Of a DNA stretch of 64,000 nt, positions 1 to 11,900 are shown in pieces. The position numbers and the translations under genes were made by a program. Location: positions 14,260,001 to 14,324,000 of the forward strand of contig OZ024745.1 in NCBI GenBank assembly GCA_964016885.1, in the 5' to 3' direction. The DNA is from Eledone cirrhosa (lineage: Eukaryota). A model generated the notes under the pieces. It was not told the origin of the DNA. It saw nothing but the letters and a program-made list of their open reading frames with translations, and did no database searches. Each line of letters begins with the position of its first letter. The first letter of the stretch is position 1.

Positions 1-173
1 GGTAAGGAACCAGGTGGACCATAACGCACCAAAGTACTCAATACTTAGGGTAGTAGAGTGGGTAATAGGAACCAGTAAGACCCCGACGGCTGAGCTCAAG
101 CCGTTTCGACGGCTAATTCTGGACTGAATTAGCCGTCGAAACGGCTTGAGCTCAGCCGTCGGGGTCTTATTGG

Positions 174-178
<5 letters not shown>
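1..178. mobile_element. Naiad-type PLE pLTR fragment folded back on itself (arms ~67-119 / 126-178), truncated by window start
   Basis: Near-identical to 43774-43897 and 47093-47217. An inverted copy follows directly and ends in (CT)n(AT)n. Confidence 0.9.
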
Positions 179-237
<59 letters not shown>

Positions 238-794
238 CACACACAGAAATATATGGGCATTTCTCTGTTTGTCTGTCTGTCTGTCTGTCCTTCCCTAAAA
301 CTCAAATGTAGGTGCTACAGAAATATTACCTTCCCCTTCCTTTCTCCACTTTGGTACTACCAAGAGAAACACTGTCGCTATAGAAACATTACCTTCCCCT
401 CTCCACTGACTTTGGTCACTGAGGCCGAGGGAATCGCTGGTTGCTTTAGAGACACCTTGCACAAGCCAGAAGTAACCAGTTCGAGGCGGTTCTGACTTGA
501 CACCATGCCAAGGACCATTTGAAGATATATTTCCATCGTTATATCATAACGTTTATGTATCATAACGTTTATATTTCCGTCACTAATCTCTTTTTCTCCT
601 TTTTCGTTTTAACATATATTTATTTCAAAGATTTCACCGTATAGATAACATATATATTTATACATGCATAAAAGACACACCGAGAGACGGTGAACATGTG
701 GTGCCGAAAACATTTCTCATCCAAATCTCAACAATATCAGTATATACACTAGATTTGCTAGCAGAAAACCGCCCACCGGGTGGTTTTCTGCTAG

Positions 795-1294
795 TCTATA
801 TATATAAAACTGAGGATGTCTGTCTGTGTGTGTGTGAGTTTGAATCCCTTAAACTAGAGAAGCACCCAACCGACTCTTTTCAAACTTTACACATGTAATA
901 CTTATGTTTCAGGGAATGTTCTGAGCAAAAAGAATTTCAAATTTGAAATGCCCTAGGGACCGCATTAGGCGATTTAGCGATCTCTCTCTATAATTCTTAG
1001 TATTTCTCTTTTTAGATAGATACATACATATAACGTCGCGCCCTTATAATATCTGTCTGTATGTTTGGCTGTCTGCTGCCACCCTTGCTCAAGACAAATC
1101 TCACACTCTTTCCCCAAACAGTTGGTAAGTGCACACAACTTCTTCCTCACATTTTAAGCCACAGTGTTGCTTACTTACGTACCACCAGACCCTTACTTCT
1201 TTGCCAGCCGTGGTTGTGGCAATACTAAGCTTAGCTAAGGCGGTTATATATTTCACAATACCTTATCCGGTGCAACGCCGGGTACCACTGCTAG
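795..1294 (+). mobile_element. Non-autonomous Helitron/HINE-like element, preceded by another 3' end (hairpin + CTAG at 758-794)
   Basis: 5' TCTATATATATAAAA followed by GTCT/GT microsatellite. 3' hairpin CCGG-tgcaacg-CCGG followed by CTAG|T. Confidence 0.65.
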
Positions 1295-2445
1295 TAAAGC
1301 TATAAATCTACAAGGCGTATTTCGTTTAATGGAACACAGTCCGATTTCTCTTGAAACGTTAGCGTTTATGTAAGAAATTAATTTTTCCGAAACGTTGATA
1401 GAATTTCGGGGTGTAATCCATTGTATAACAAATACGTGCTCAATATGAACAGTATGCTCCTTAATTCAATTATATAAATGCTATACGACAATTAACTCTG
1501 GCGTATTAAATAAGAACACAAGAGTGATTAAAAAGTGAAATATTTTTATTTGATTTGAAACTATTATTGAAGAATCTGAACCATTTAAATTCTTAAAAGA
1601 ATTTTTTAAAAGATAGAAGAAACTGGGGTAATGTCTGAAAGAATACGATCGTGAATACAAGCGGCCGAAATGGGGTTCCTCCGAAGGGTCTTTGGAGTGA
1701 CGTTACTCGATAAAGTGCGTAGCTCGGAGATCAGAGAGTCACTCCAGGTAAAACCACTACTTCTCTGAATTGAGAGATCACAGCTCCGATACGACAGACA
1801 TGTAGTTAGAATGTCTCAGGAAAGAATCGCTGGACAGATTTTACGGGCAAAACCAACCAGCAGGAGACCCAGGGGTAGACCTCGAGTAAGATAGTTGGCT
1901 GGTCTCGCTTGGGGATCTAACTGGATCAGTTAGAGACGGTTGCTTCTAACAAGTCACGCTGGAGGGATGGTGTGAAGACTCTGCCTTCACGACCCCGAGG
2001 AAGAAGAAGAAGAAGAAGAAGAAGAAGAAAAAGAAGAAAGTTGTTTAAATTACTTAGTCAGAGGAGTATGGTATGGTCCCATAACTCCTGATGAGTCTCT
2101 CACACAACACACAACAACAAGATGGTGTACAACAGAACAAAGGAGAGATACAAAATAAAAGCCCAGTCACTGACGAGGTCACAGAAAGTATGATGAAAGA
2201 GCTTTGGCAATATATAAACAAACATCCAGTTATCGAACCTACCAACCAACCGGAAATTTATAATAAATTGAAGTGAAAGCCAACAGACGCGTGTGTTTTT
2301 ATTGGCACCATACCCGCCCCCCCCCAGTATAACAATATCTGTTTCAACACACGTTTGCAGATAAGAAATCTTGCAAAACAAATTCAAAAACGAAGTATAT
2401 ATATATATATGTGTGTGTGTGTGTATGTGTGTATACCCCCCCCCC

Positions 2446-2481
<36 letters not shown>

Positions 2482-3299
2482 TGATAAGAAAATTGATATC
2501 GATTTCTCAATGAAATATTTCTTTTTTCTTCCAGCTGATGTGTTTATAAATCCGACATAAAAGAAACGTAAAACAGAAGATTTAAGTTATTTGTTGTATT
2601 TTTACATAAATTACCACTGAACATAGAATAATTTCAATATTCAACCGAGAAATCAAACTTAGCATTAAGAAAAACAGAGACTACAAAATACAATGTTAAT
2701 CATCACAAATATAATTTTCAAATATGCAGATCAAATGGAACGAGGACTTCGAATATATATATTGAAGTAATGTGACAGTAGAATGACTGTCCAACCCAAT
2801 CCAGGGTCTTCTCATTTCTGTTGGAGAAACCCCTTCATGTTTGGCCTCCGCTGCTTTCTGTTTGGTTTTGGTTGCGTCAGGTGTGTAGCCGTACTCCCCC
2901 ATCAGGACCTGGTCTGGTGAGGCTATTTAACCTATAGTAGGCCGTTAACATTGAGGAGTTAATGCACCCTTTTAACTGCTCCTGCTTATTGTGCTGATGG
3001 GATTCCATTTACCATTCTCATCAGACCAGGGCCTGGTGGGGGAGCTGATTTAGTCGCCGACCACTCGACCATGAAGCTGGTTGTACTGGGTTACACTGTA
3101 CGAGTAGCAGGCCAAAGCCTGTCCTAACCAGACAAGGGTCTGGTGGAGGTGGTGGTGGGGAAGTTTAATCACCAACCACTCGACCATGTAGCAGGTTGTA
3201 CTGGGTTACATGGTACCAGTAGCAGACAGAAGCCTGACATGGCCAAGAGTATGACAGTAATATGGAAGTAATACTGAAATAATATTGACGTAGCTATCA

Positions 3300-3660
3300 A
3301 TTAGTAACATTAAATTACTTGTAGGTCTGAAGTATGAGGTAGTGTCCCTGGCTTTCGCAGGCTCTCCGAGACGACCGGAGAAATTGAGGTTGATGTTCTG
3401 TTTAAATGGTTGCACTTCCATTCTATTCCTTTGAGAAAGACATGGACTGGAAATGATTTCCAGATGACTGACGCTCTCGGTAGAAAGGATTTGGTGTAGT
3501 GGTTAGTGTGGCACATGCGATTTTAGACGCACCATGGGTGATAAGGGAAAGAGAGAGGTGTGTACCGGGAGGAGTATCTGAATGAAAGGGGTATGTGTTC
3601 AGAAAGCTTTGAGGAGCGGACACCATTCTAGTAACAGTAGAAGTAGAAGTGAGTGGAGAC
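3300..3660 (-). pseudogene. Decayed non-LTR retrotransposon ORF2 C-terminus
   Basis: Translation CHTNHYTKSFLPRASVIWKSFPVHVF matches the SF.PR...WN.LP motif at LINE ORF2 ends. Confidence 0.55.
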
Positions 3661-5698
3661 AGTAGCAGAAGTGTTGGGAAAAAACATTAGATAATATTTG
3701 CAAAATTGAAGCGACATGATATGAAGCATTTAGAAATAATTCCATTTAATAATCTTCCAAATATGTAAAAAAAATCTATGCCTAGACTTCATTACAAGAA
3801 CACCACAATGAAATTAAAGATTCACTGTCTCTTCTGAGATAATGCAAATGTGAAAATTTGTCTACTGTTTGTCATTATTCTTGAAATGGCTCGTTTCCAA
3901 ATCCGAAAACTACAGAAATTTATAAAACTATCTTCCTCATTAACTGTAGTCAATTACAGAGCTACCTTTCCCAAACCCAAATTGAAGAGAGTAAGACATT
4001 GGATAATACCATCAAGCAGAATCCTTTAGCACTTTGGAAAAGAGCCATAGGATAAAAGTAACATTTCACCTTGATAGCCAGTTGGCTAAATCGATTATAT
4101 TGATTCTTATCCCGACTAGATTATTGCTGAACAATATGTCCGCATTCGAAACTATTATGCGTGTAAAATATTCAATACTTCGTCCAATGTCTTAAGATAA
4201 CATAATATCAGAATTTTCTAAATCTATCCAAGTGGGAAATATCGAAGCAAATTTATACAATAATGTAATTGAAAGGAATTTTGATGTGTGCAAGAAAACA
4301 TAAAACTGGGTTTGCAAACGTTTATAATATAGTTACGTTTCTCCAATTGAAACTTTTATAGTTGAAAACCTGATCACAAGAGATTTGGAAAGAATACTTG
4401 GGAGTAAAAGAGCAAATATATACGTAACCTTTGGCAAATATTTTACAAAAATAAGGTTAGAACTATAAATAAAGCTCCTATTATGTAAAATACTCCACTT
4501 TTAGTAGCGATCGTAACAATCTAGAAACAATTTATGCTTGCTTATCAAGAGTAAAAACGCATTCTCTTTAACATTGAATCAAATCTAAAAACCTCTTATA
4601 CAAAAGTACCAAGTCATTTAAGATGTTCATATTGTTCTGGAAGCTTTACAAACTGTTGGATTTAGAATAACAACCAGTGAAGTGTGAATATTTTTGTTGC
4701 CTTATTAATGTTTTTATATTATATTTAATTTAATTCTTTGTTTGGTTCTCATATCTCCATCAACTAAATAAAAATATATTTTAGCCTCAATCCGATAACG
4801 TATTGAATAATTCTAATATTTTTATATTCTCATGTTTAACGTCTTCCATTCATAGGAGGTGAGAGTCATTTCTACGAAATTCCGCGAAGTTTAGAAAATC
4901 AAATCAATTTCGTTTTCAATTATTGAAACAGTTAGAGCATATATTTAAATTAAGTACCAGTCTAGTACTGGGGCCGGTTGGTCCTTGATATCTCTTTCTC
5001 ATTCCCTTTCGCTCACTCTCTATCATTCTCTGGAAGAAATCTGTCGCCAGGTTTTAAAATGCCCTAAGAACCGCTGCATGTCAATATGGCACTCCTAGGA
5101 TTCCCATAGAAGTTACAGGCTCATACTATACCATTTTAAATTGCACTTCATTTAAATAACCTATAATTTTTAGCTTCTGTGGGTCTAAACTTAATTTGCC
5201 ATGATTCTTTATTACTTCCAATGTTAATGTTAGTGACTTCGGGAGGAAAGCAGGCTGAAGGAATTGTGAATGGAATCTTATTTAAAGTTAAAGGAAGCAA
5301 AGAAGCCGATCATCAGATCGGACCCAGGAAACTATGTTTCCATCTGCCTTTCCATTGCTGATACAATTTGTTGGTCAGATACTGGAAAGTAATATGTCCA
5401 TCATTTCAACAATCCCGCCAATCCACTCTTCTTGAACTGGTACTTTATTTATTGACCCTGGAAGGATAAAATGTAAAGTTGGCATTGGCAGGATTTGAAT
5501 TTAATAATGCAAAGATCTGGAAACAAACATCGACGCATCTAATATGACACTCTAGCGACTCTGGCAATTTGTAACCATTAAATTTATAATTATCTAATAT
5601 TTACACGGGATCAATAAAATAAGTACAAGCCACTTCATCATCATCATCACCATCATTATCACCCCCCCCCCACCGTCATCATCATCGTCTTCATCTAT

Positions 5699-5885
5699 AA
5701 TTGTTTCTATTTTCGCACAAGGCTAGCCATTATCCCAGTCTATTACTGGTACTTTATTTTATCGACCCCGTAAGGATGAAAGGCGAAGTTAACCTCGGCG
5801 AGATTTGAACTCAGACCATAAAGAGCCGTAACTCTTTGCTGCAAGGCATGGCGTCCGACCCTATACCGATACTGCCAATCCACCA
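5699..5885 (-). mobile_element. tRNA-derived SINE (family A)
   Basis: Minus strand reads TGGCAGTATCGG A-box, GAGTTCAAATC B-box and GCCTTTCATCCTTACGGGGTCGATAAAATAAAGTACCAG core (resembles the MetaSINE central domain). More than 10 copies in the window. Confidence 0.85.
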
Positions 5886-7488
5886 ATAATGACCATCACA
5901 CACGATTTCCGAGGATTGGCACTTGATGCAGTTGATGTTCAACTTAAACAGCTCCATGTCAATGTTTGTAGGAAAACACGAACAGGAAAGGAATTCCAGG
6001 AAGTTTCCAGGACAAGACAGAGAGATATGTGTGGTGTAGGTTCATATAAAAGTGGTGTGTTATTAGTGTCTAGTTATTAAACGTGTTCTTTTATCACTAC
6101 ACATTCTGCTTTGAGAGAACACATTGCAATTGAGCTCATAATTCGCTTTGTTCCCGCGAAAAAAAAAGATCTTTCAATTGTATTTTATTTTCTATACAAT
6201 CCTTTAATCAAATTTCAAATTTTAGGTTTAATTTAATTTATGTTATGTTAAGGGTTTCTTACTTCTTAAATACTCCATGAAGTAGGTCTAAAAGAACTAA
6301 TAATTTAACCATTTTAAATGTATTGTTATCAGAACCTAAATTATCCATTTGAAGCCTAACATGTTCTTCACTCAATAATCTTGTCTTCGTGTTTTCAATT
6401 ATCCACTCTATTAATTATTCTCATGGCAGAGATTTTAAATCTTTCATTTTCTTCAAACTTTATGTATTTGAAAGCATCACTTTATGTCAGTTCATTAATT
6501 TCATTTTCATGACTACTAAAACTATTTTGTAATTGTATAAAACTTTAATTGTACGCTTGATGGGTTTAACTGACTTTGCGAAACTCAATTATCTTCCCTG
6601 TAGTGCATTCGATAATAATACAAGTTCATCTAAAATGTCCATCATTAATGTCAGGTCCAACCTCACACTGACCTCTCTACACCCTTCCCCTATACCACCT
6701 GACTCGTCACGTGCGCACATACATGCCAAGTGTGAAAATTATTCCGGTCGCTTCAAATTAACAAAAACATCGACCCTAACAGCGTCACTTCCAATGCCTT
6801 TAACCCCCCCCCCCCGAGCTAGCTCTTATAATCACCAAACTCTCCAGTCTCTCTCTCTCCATCTTTATCTTTCATACCCACACACTTTCTCTCTAGAAAG
6901 ATATATCCAGATCTCTCAACACCTGATATAAAGTATCCAGTTCCTAAGATATCCAATCAACCTGATCTACCAACTACCGTCTTATTACACATACTTTCAA
7001 TACCACGAAGATGATGGAGAAACCCACTAAAAACTGTAATCTCGAGCATCTTGAAGCTTTCTTCCACTTTAATACCTGTCAGTACAGCTCTCGCAAGTAA
7101 TGATCTAATAGAAATAACCAACTCTCTCGAGGGCAAGACCTCACCAGTAAATACCATAGGAGATCTACTCTCTTATGTTACTTACCAGAGGGTACACCTA
7201 CTTGGGGGAAATTGAGAGAAAGCAATGTAGTTACACACAAACCCGGTAAACCATTTTACCGTGTGTAACACGCGAGAATCCTGTAAAAACTGCCAACCTA
7301 TGAATACCATTTATCTCTTAACTCTTAGATCAGCAGGTTCCTGTCATATAGCAGTATCAACGCTAGATACCTTTTTCCCACATATTCTTCATCTTTATAT
7401 GTATGTATGTATGTATGATCCCTCAACTCCACCAGGAGTCGTAGGGATTATGAGCACTACCTTATAAGCACTACCATTTCCTTCCAAG

Positions 7489-8085
7489 TTGTGGTGGAAT
7501 TACAGATAAATCTGAGCCAAACATGTATATAATTGTGGTTGAATTACAGACATAGTTGAACCAAATTTGTATATAATTGTCGTCGTATTACAGATATATC
7601 TGAGCCAAACACGTATATAGTCGTGGTTGATTAGACATATCTAAGCCAAATTTAAGCATAGCTGAGGTTTCGTTACAGATATATTTGAGCCAAACTTGTA
7701 TATAATTGTGGTTGCATTACAGATATATCTGCGCCAAACGTAAATATAGTTGTGGTTGCATTAGATATAACTAAGCCAAACTTGTATATAGTTTTGGTTG
7801 TATTACAGATATATTGAGCTAAATATGTATGTAGTTGTGGTTGTATTACAGATGTATTTGAACCAAACTTGTATATAGTTGCGGTTGTATTACAGATGTA
7901 TTTGAACCAAACTTGTATATAATTGTGGTTGTATTACAGATGTATTGAACCAAGCATGTATATAGATGTGGCTATATTACAAATATAACTGAGCCAAACA
8001 TGTATGTAATTGTGGTTGTATTACTGATGTATTGAGCCAAACATAAATAGAGCTGTGATTGTAAACCGACACAGCTGAGAGCCAA
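7489..8085. repeat. Minisatellite, ~42-44 bp unit, ~14 diverged copies
   Basis: Unit TTGTGGTTGTATTACAGATGTATTTGAACCAAACTTGTATATAG repeated head-to-tail without spacers. Confidence 0.9.
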
Positions 8086-8945
8086 ACCTAATTTATTCCA
8101 GATATTGACAATTGACAAAAGTTTAGAAGAGATTATTTATATAGTACGTTTTCTGAATGTCATCTAATTAACATTAAAACACAGTTTCTCTATGAGGCAG
8201 ACTATAATTGGTATTAAGAATATAATCTGTTTCGAATGTATCCAAGTAACAGCTGTTGCAGTAATACGGCTATTTCAATAATAGAGTGATCAGTTGGATT
8301 TTAATCATGTTGAGGGCAGACAAAAAAATTAAAATATACAAATATATAAATAACTAGGAAATATGTCCAAACGAAATTAAAACATAAATGAATCAATATA
8401 TTTGTTTAGGGAAAATTTATTAGTTTGAAAAGCAAAAAAAAAAACAAAAACAAAAAAAGGCAAAAAAAAAAGCAAAAAAAAAGAAGAAAAAACAACGAGA
8501 GCAAATGAAATCTTTCTTCCCAAATATGGATGTTGTTTCACGAAAGAAAATATTTACTTTTCATCAGAGCTGCACTAAGTTTTATTTGTGCCGAGCAAAA
8601 GTAATCTAGTGAGATATTTTTAATGCAAATATTCGTAGCAATGAACTTTATTAAATATAAACGAAGTTGAAACTAAAAGAAAATTTATACAACATTAATT
8701 TTTTTTTGTTAAATTTAGTCAATATCACATTTGGATGTTATTTCTTTTAGTTAAACTTCTTTTTATGTTACGGCAATAGTAAAAGATCACATGTAGTAAA
8801 TTAATAATAATAGTGTCAGAGAATCTGGAAAATATCCATCGTTTCTGTCGGAATAATTTGGCGGGGGAAACGTTCAATAATTTCTATAAAAGAGTCTTTA
8901 TAAAATATTTATTGGTGATATCAGCTAACATTTTAGACTTGATCA

Positions 8946-11900
8946 CTATTGTATAGCTGTGGGTGTAGTAGTGGGTATAGTGGTGGCTGTAGTGGTGGTT
9001 GTAGTAGTGGGTATAGTGGTGGCTGTAGTGGTGGCTGTAGTGGTGGATATAGCTGTAGTGGTGGTTGTAGTAGTGGCTGTAGTGGTGGCTGTAGTGGTGG
9101 CTGTAGTGGTGGCTGTAGTGGTGGATATAGCTGTAGTGGTGGCTGTAGTGGTGGGTATAGTGGTGGCTGTAGTGGTGGATATAGCTGTGGTGGTGGTTGT
9201 AGTAGTGGCTGTAGTGGCGGTTGTAGTACTGGCTATAGTGGTGGCTGTAGTGGTGGCTGTAGTGGTGGCTGTAGTAGTGGCTGTAGTGGTTGCTGTAGTG
9301 GTTGCTGTAGTGGTGGCTGTAGTGGTGGCTGTAGTGGTGGCTGTAGTGGTTGCTGTAGTGGTGGCTGTAGTGGTGGATGTAGTGGTGGCTGTAGTGGTGG
9401 CTGTAGTAGTGGCTGTAGTGGTTGCTGTAGTGGTGGCTGTAGTGGTGGCTGTAGTGGTGGCTGTAGTGGTGGCTGTAGTGGTTGCTGTAGTGGTGGCTGC
9501 AGTGGTGGCTGTAGTGGTGGCTGTAGTGGTGGCTGTAGTAGTGGCTGTAGTGGTTGCTGTAGTGGTGGCTGTAGTGGTGGCTGTAGTGGTGGCTGTAGTG
9601 GTGGCTGTAGTGGTTGCTGTAGTGGTGGCTGTAGTGGTGGCTGTAGTGGTGGCTGTAGTGGTTGCTGTAGTGGTGGCTGTAGTAGTGGCTGTAGTAGTGG
9701 CTGTAGTAGTGGTTGTAGTAGTTGCTGTAGTGGTGGCTGTAGTGGTGGCTATAGTGGTGGCTGTAGTGGTGGCTGTAGTAGTGGCTGTAGTGGTGGCTGT
9801 AGTGGTGGCTGTAGTGGTGGCTGTAGTGGTGGCTGTAGTGGTGGCTGTAGTGGTGGCTGTAGTGGTGGCTGTAGTGGTGGCTGTAGTGGTGGCTGTAGTG
9901 GTGGCTGTAGTGGTGGCTGTAGTGGTGGCTGTAGTGGTGGCTGTAGTGATGGCTGTAATGGTGGCTGTAGTGGTGGCTGTAGTGGTGGCTGTAGTGGTGG
10001 CTGTAGTGGTGGCTGTAGTGGTGGCTGTAGTGGTGGCTGTAGTGGTGGCTGTAGTAGTGGCTGTAGTAGTGGCTGTAGTAGTGGCTGTAGTAGTGGCTGT
10101 AGTAGTTGCTGTAGTGGTGGCTGCAGTGGTGGCTGTAGTGGTGGCTGTAGTGGTGGCTGTAATGGTGGCTGTAGTGGTGGCTGTAGTGGTGGCTGTAGTG
10201 GTGGCTGTAGTGGTGGCTGTAGTGGTGGCTGTAGTGGTGGCTGTAGTGGTGGCTGTAGTGGTGGCTGTAGTGGTGGCTGTAGTGGTGGCTGTAGTGGTGG
10301 CTGTAGTAGTGGCTGTAGTGGTGGCTGTAGTGGTGGCTGTAGTGGTGGCTGTAGTGGTGGCTGTAGTGGTGGCTGTAGTGGTGGCTGTAGTGGTGGCTGT
10401 AGTAGTGGCTGTAGTGGTGGCTGTAGTAGTGGCTGTAGTGGTGGCTGTAGTAGTGGCTGTAGTGGTGGCTGTAGTAGTGGCTGTAGTAGTGGCTGTAGTG
10501 GTGGCTGTAGTGGTGGCTGTAGTGGTGGCTGTAGTGGTGGCTGTAGTGGTTGCTGTAGTGGTGGCTGTAATGGTGGCTGTAGTGGTGGCTGTAGTGGTGG
10601 CTGTAGTGGTGGCTGTAGTGGTGGCTGTAGTGGTGGCTGTAGTGGTGGCTGTAGTGGTGGCTGTAGTACTGGCTGTAGTGGTGGCTGTAGTGGTGGCTGT
10701 AGTGGTGGCTGTAGTGGTGGCTGTAATGGTGGCTGTAGTGGTGGCTGTAGTGGTGGCTGTAGTGGTGGCTGTAGTGGTGGCTGTAGTGGTTGCTGTAGTG
10801 GTTGCTGTAGTGGTGGCTGTAATGGTGGCTGTAGTGGTGGCTGTAGTGGTGGCTGTAGTGGTGGCTGTAGTGGTGGCTGTAGTGGTGGCTGTAATGGTGG
10901 CTGTAGTGGTGGCTGTAGTGGTGGCTGTAGTGGTGGCTGTAGTGGTGGCTGTAGTAGTGGCTGTAGTGGTGGCTGTAGTGGTGGCTGTAATGGTGGCTGT
11001 AGTGGTGGCTGTAGTGGTGGCTGTAGTGGTGGCTGTAGTGGTGGCTGTAGTGGTGGCTGTAGTGGTGGCTGTAGTGGTGGCTGTAGTGGTGGCTGTAGTA
11101 GTGGCTGTAGTAGTGGCTGTAGTGGTGGCTGTAGTAGTGGCTGTAGTGGTGGCTGTAGTGGTGGCTGTAGTGGTGGCTGTAGTAGTGGCTGTAGTAGTGG
11201 CTGTAGTGGTGGCTGTAGTGGTGGCTGTAGTGGTTGCTGTAGTGGTGGCTGTAATGGTGGCTGTAGTGGTGGCTGTAGTGGTGGCTGTAGTGGTGGCTGT
11301 AGTGGTGGCTGTAGTAGTGGCTGTAGTGGTGGCTGTAGTAGTGGCTGTAGTGGTGGCTGTAGTAGTGGCTGTAGTGGTGGCTGTAGTACTGGCTGTAGTG
11401 GTGGCTGTAGTGGTGGCTGTAGTGGTGGCCGTAGTGGTGGCTGTAGTGGTGGCTGTAGTAGTGGCTGTAGTAGTGGCTGTAGTGGTGGCTGTAGTAGTGG
11501 CTGTAGTGGTGGCTGTAGTGGTGGCTGTAGTGCTGGCTGTAGTGGTGGCTGTAGTGGTGGCTGTAGTGGTGGCTGTAGTGGTGGCTGTAGTGGTGGCTGT
11601 AGTAGTGGCTGTAGTAGTGGCTGTAGTGGTGGCTGTAGTACTGGCTGTAGTGGTGGCTGTAGTGGTGGCTGTAGTGGTGGCTGTAGTGGTGGCTGTAGTG
11701 GTGGCTGTAGTGGTGGCTGCAGTGGTGGCTGTAGTGGTGGCTGTAGTGGTGGCTGTAGTGGTGGCTGTAGTGGTGGCTGTAGTGGTGGCTGTAGTGGTGG
11801 CTGTAGTGGTGGCTGTAGTGGTGGCTGTAGTGGTGGCTGTAGTGGTTGCTGTAGTGGTGGCTGTAGTGGTGGCTGTAGTGGTGGCTGTAGTGGTGGCTGT

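Noticed and set aside
2535-2575. CTGATGT...GAAACGTA minimal hammerhead
   Set aside because: The core is altered and there is no stem I, so it is too degenerate to call.
3700-4700. Possible decayed hAT transposase
   Set aside because: Only a vague resemblance with many stops. It cannot be supported without a protein search.
6040-6520. Possible CR1/L2 ORF2 C-terminal relic (minus strand)
   Set aside because: The motif similarity is too fragmentary to report as a feature.
7489-8085. CRISPR-like periodicity
   Set aside because: Contiguous diverged units with no unique spacers and no cas genes, in a eukaryotic context.
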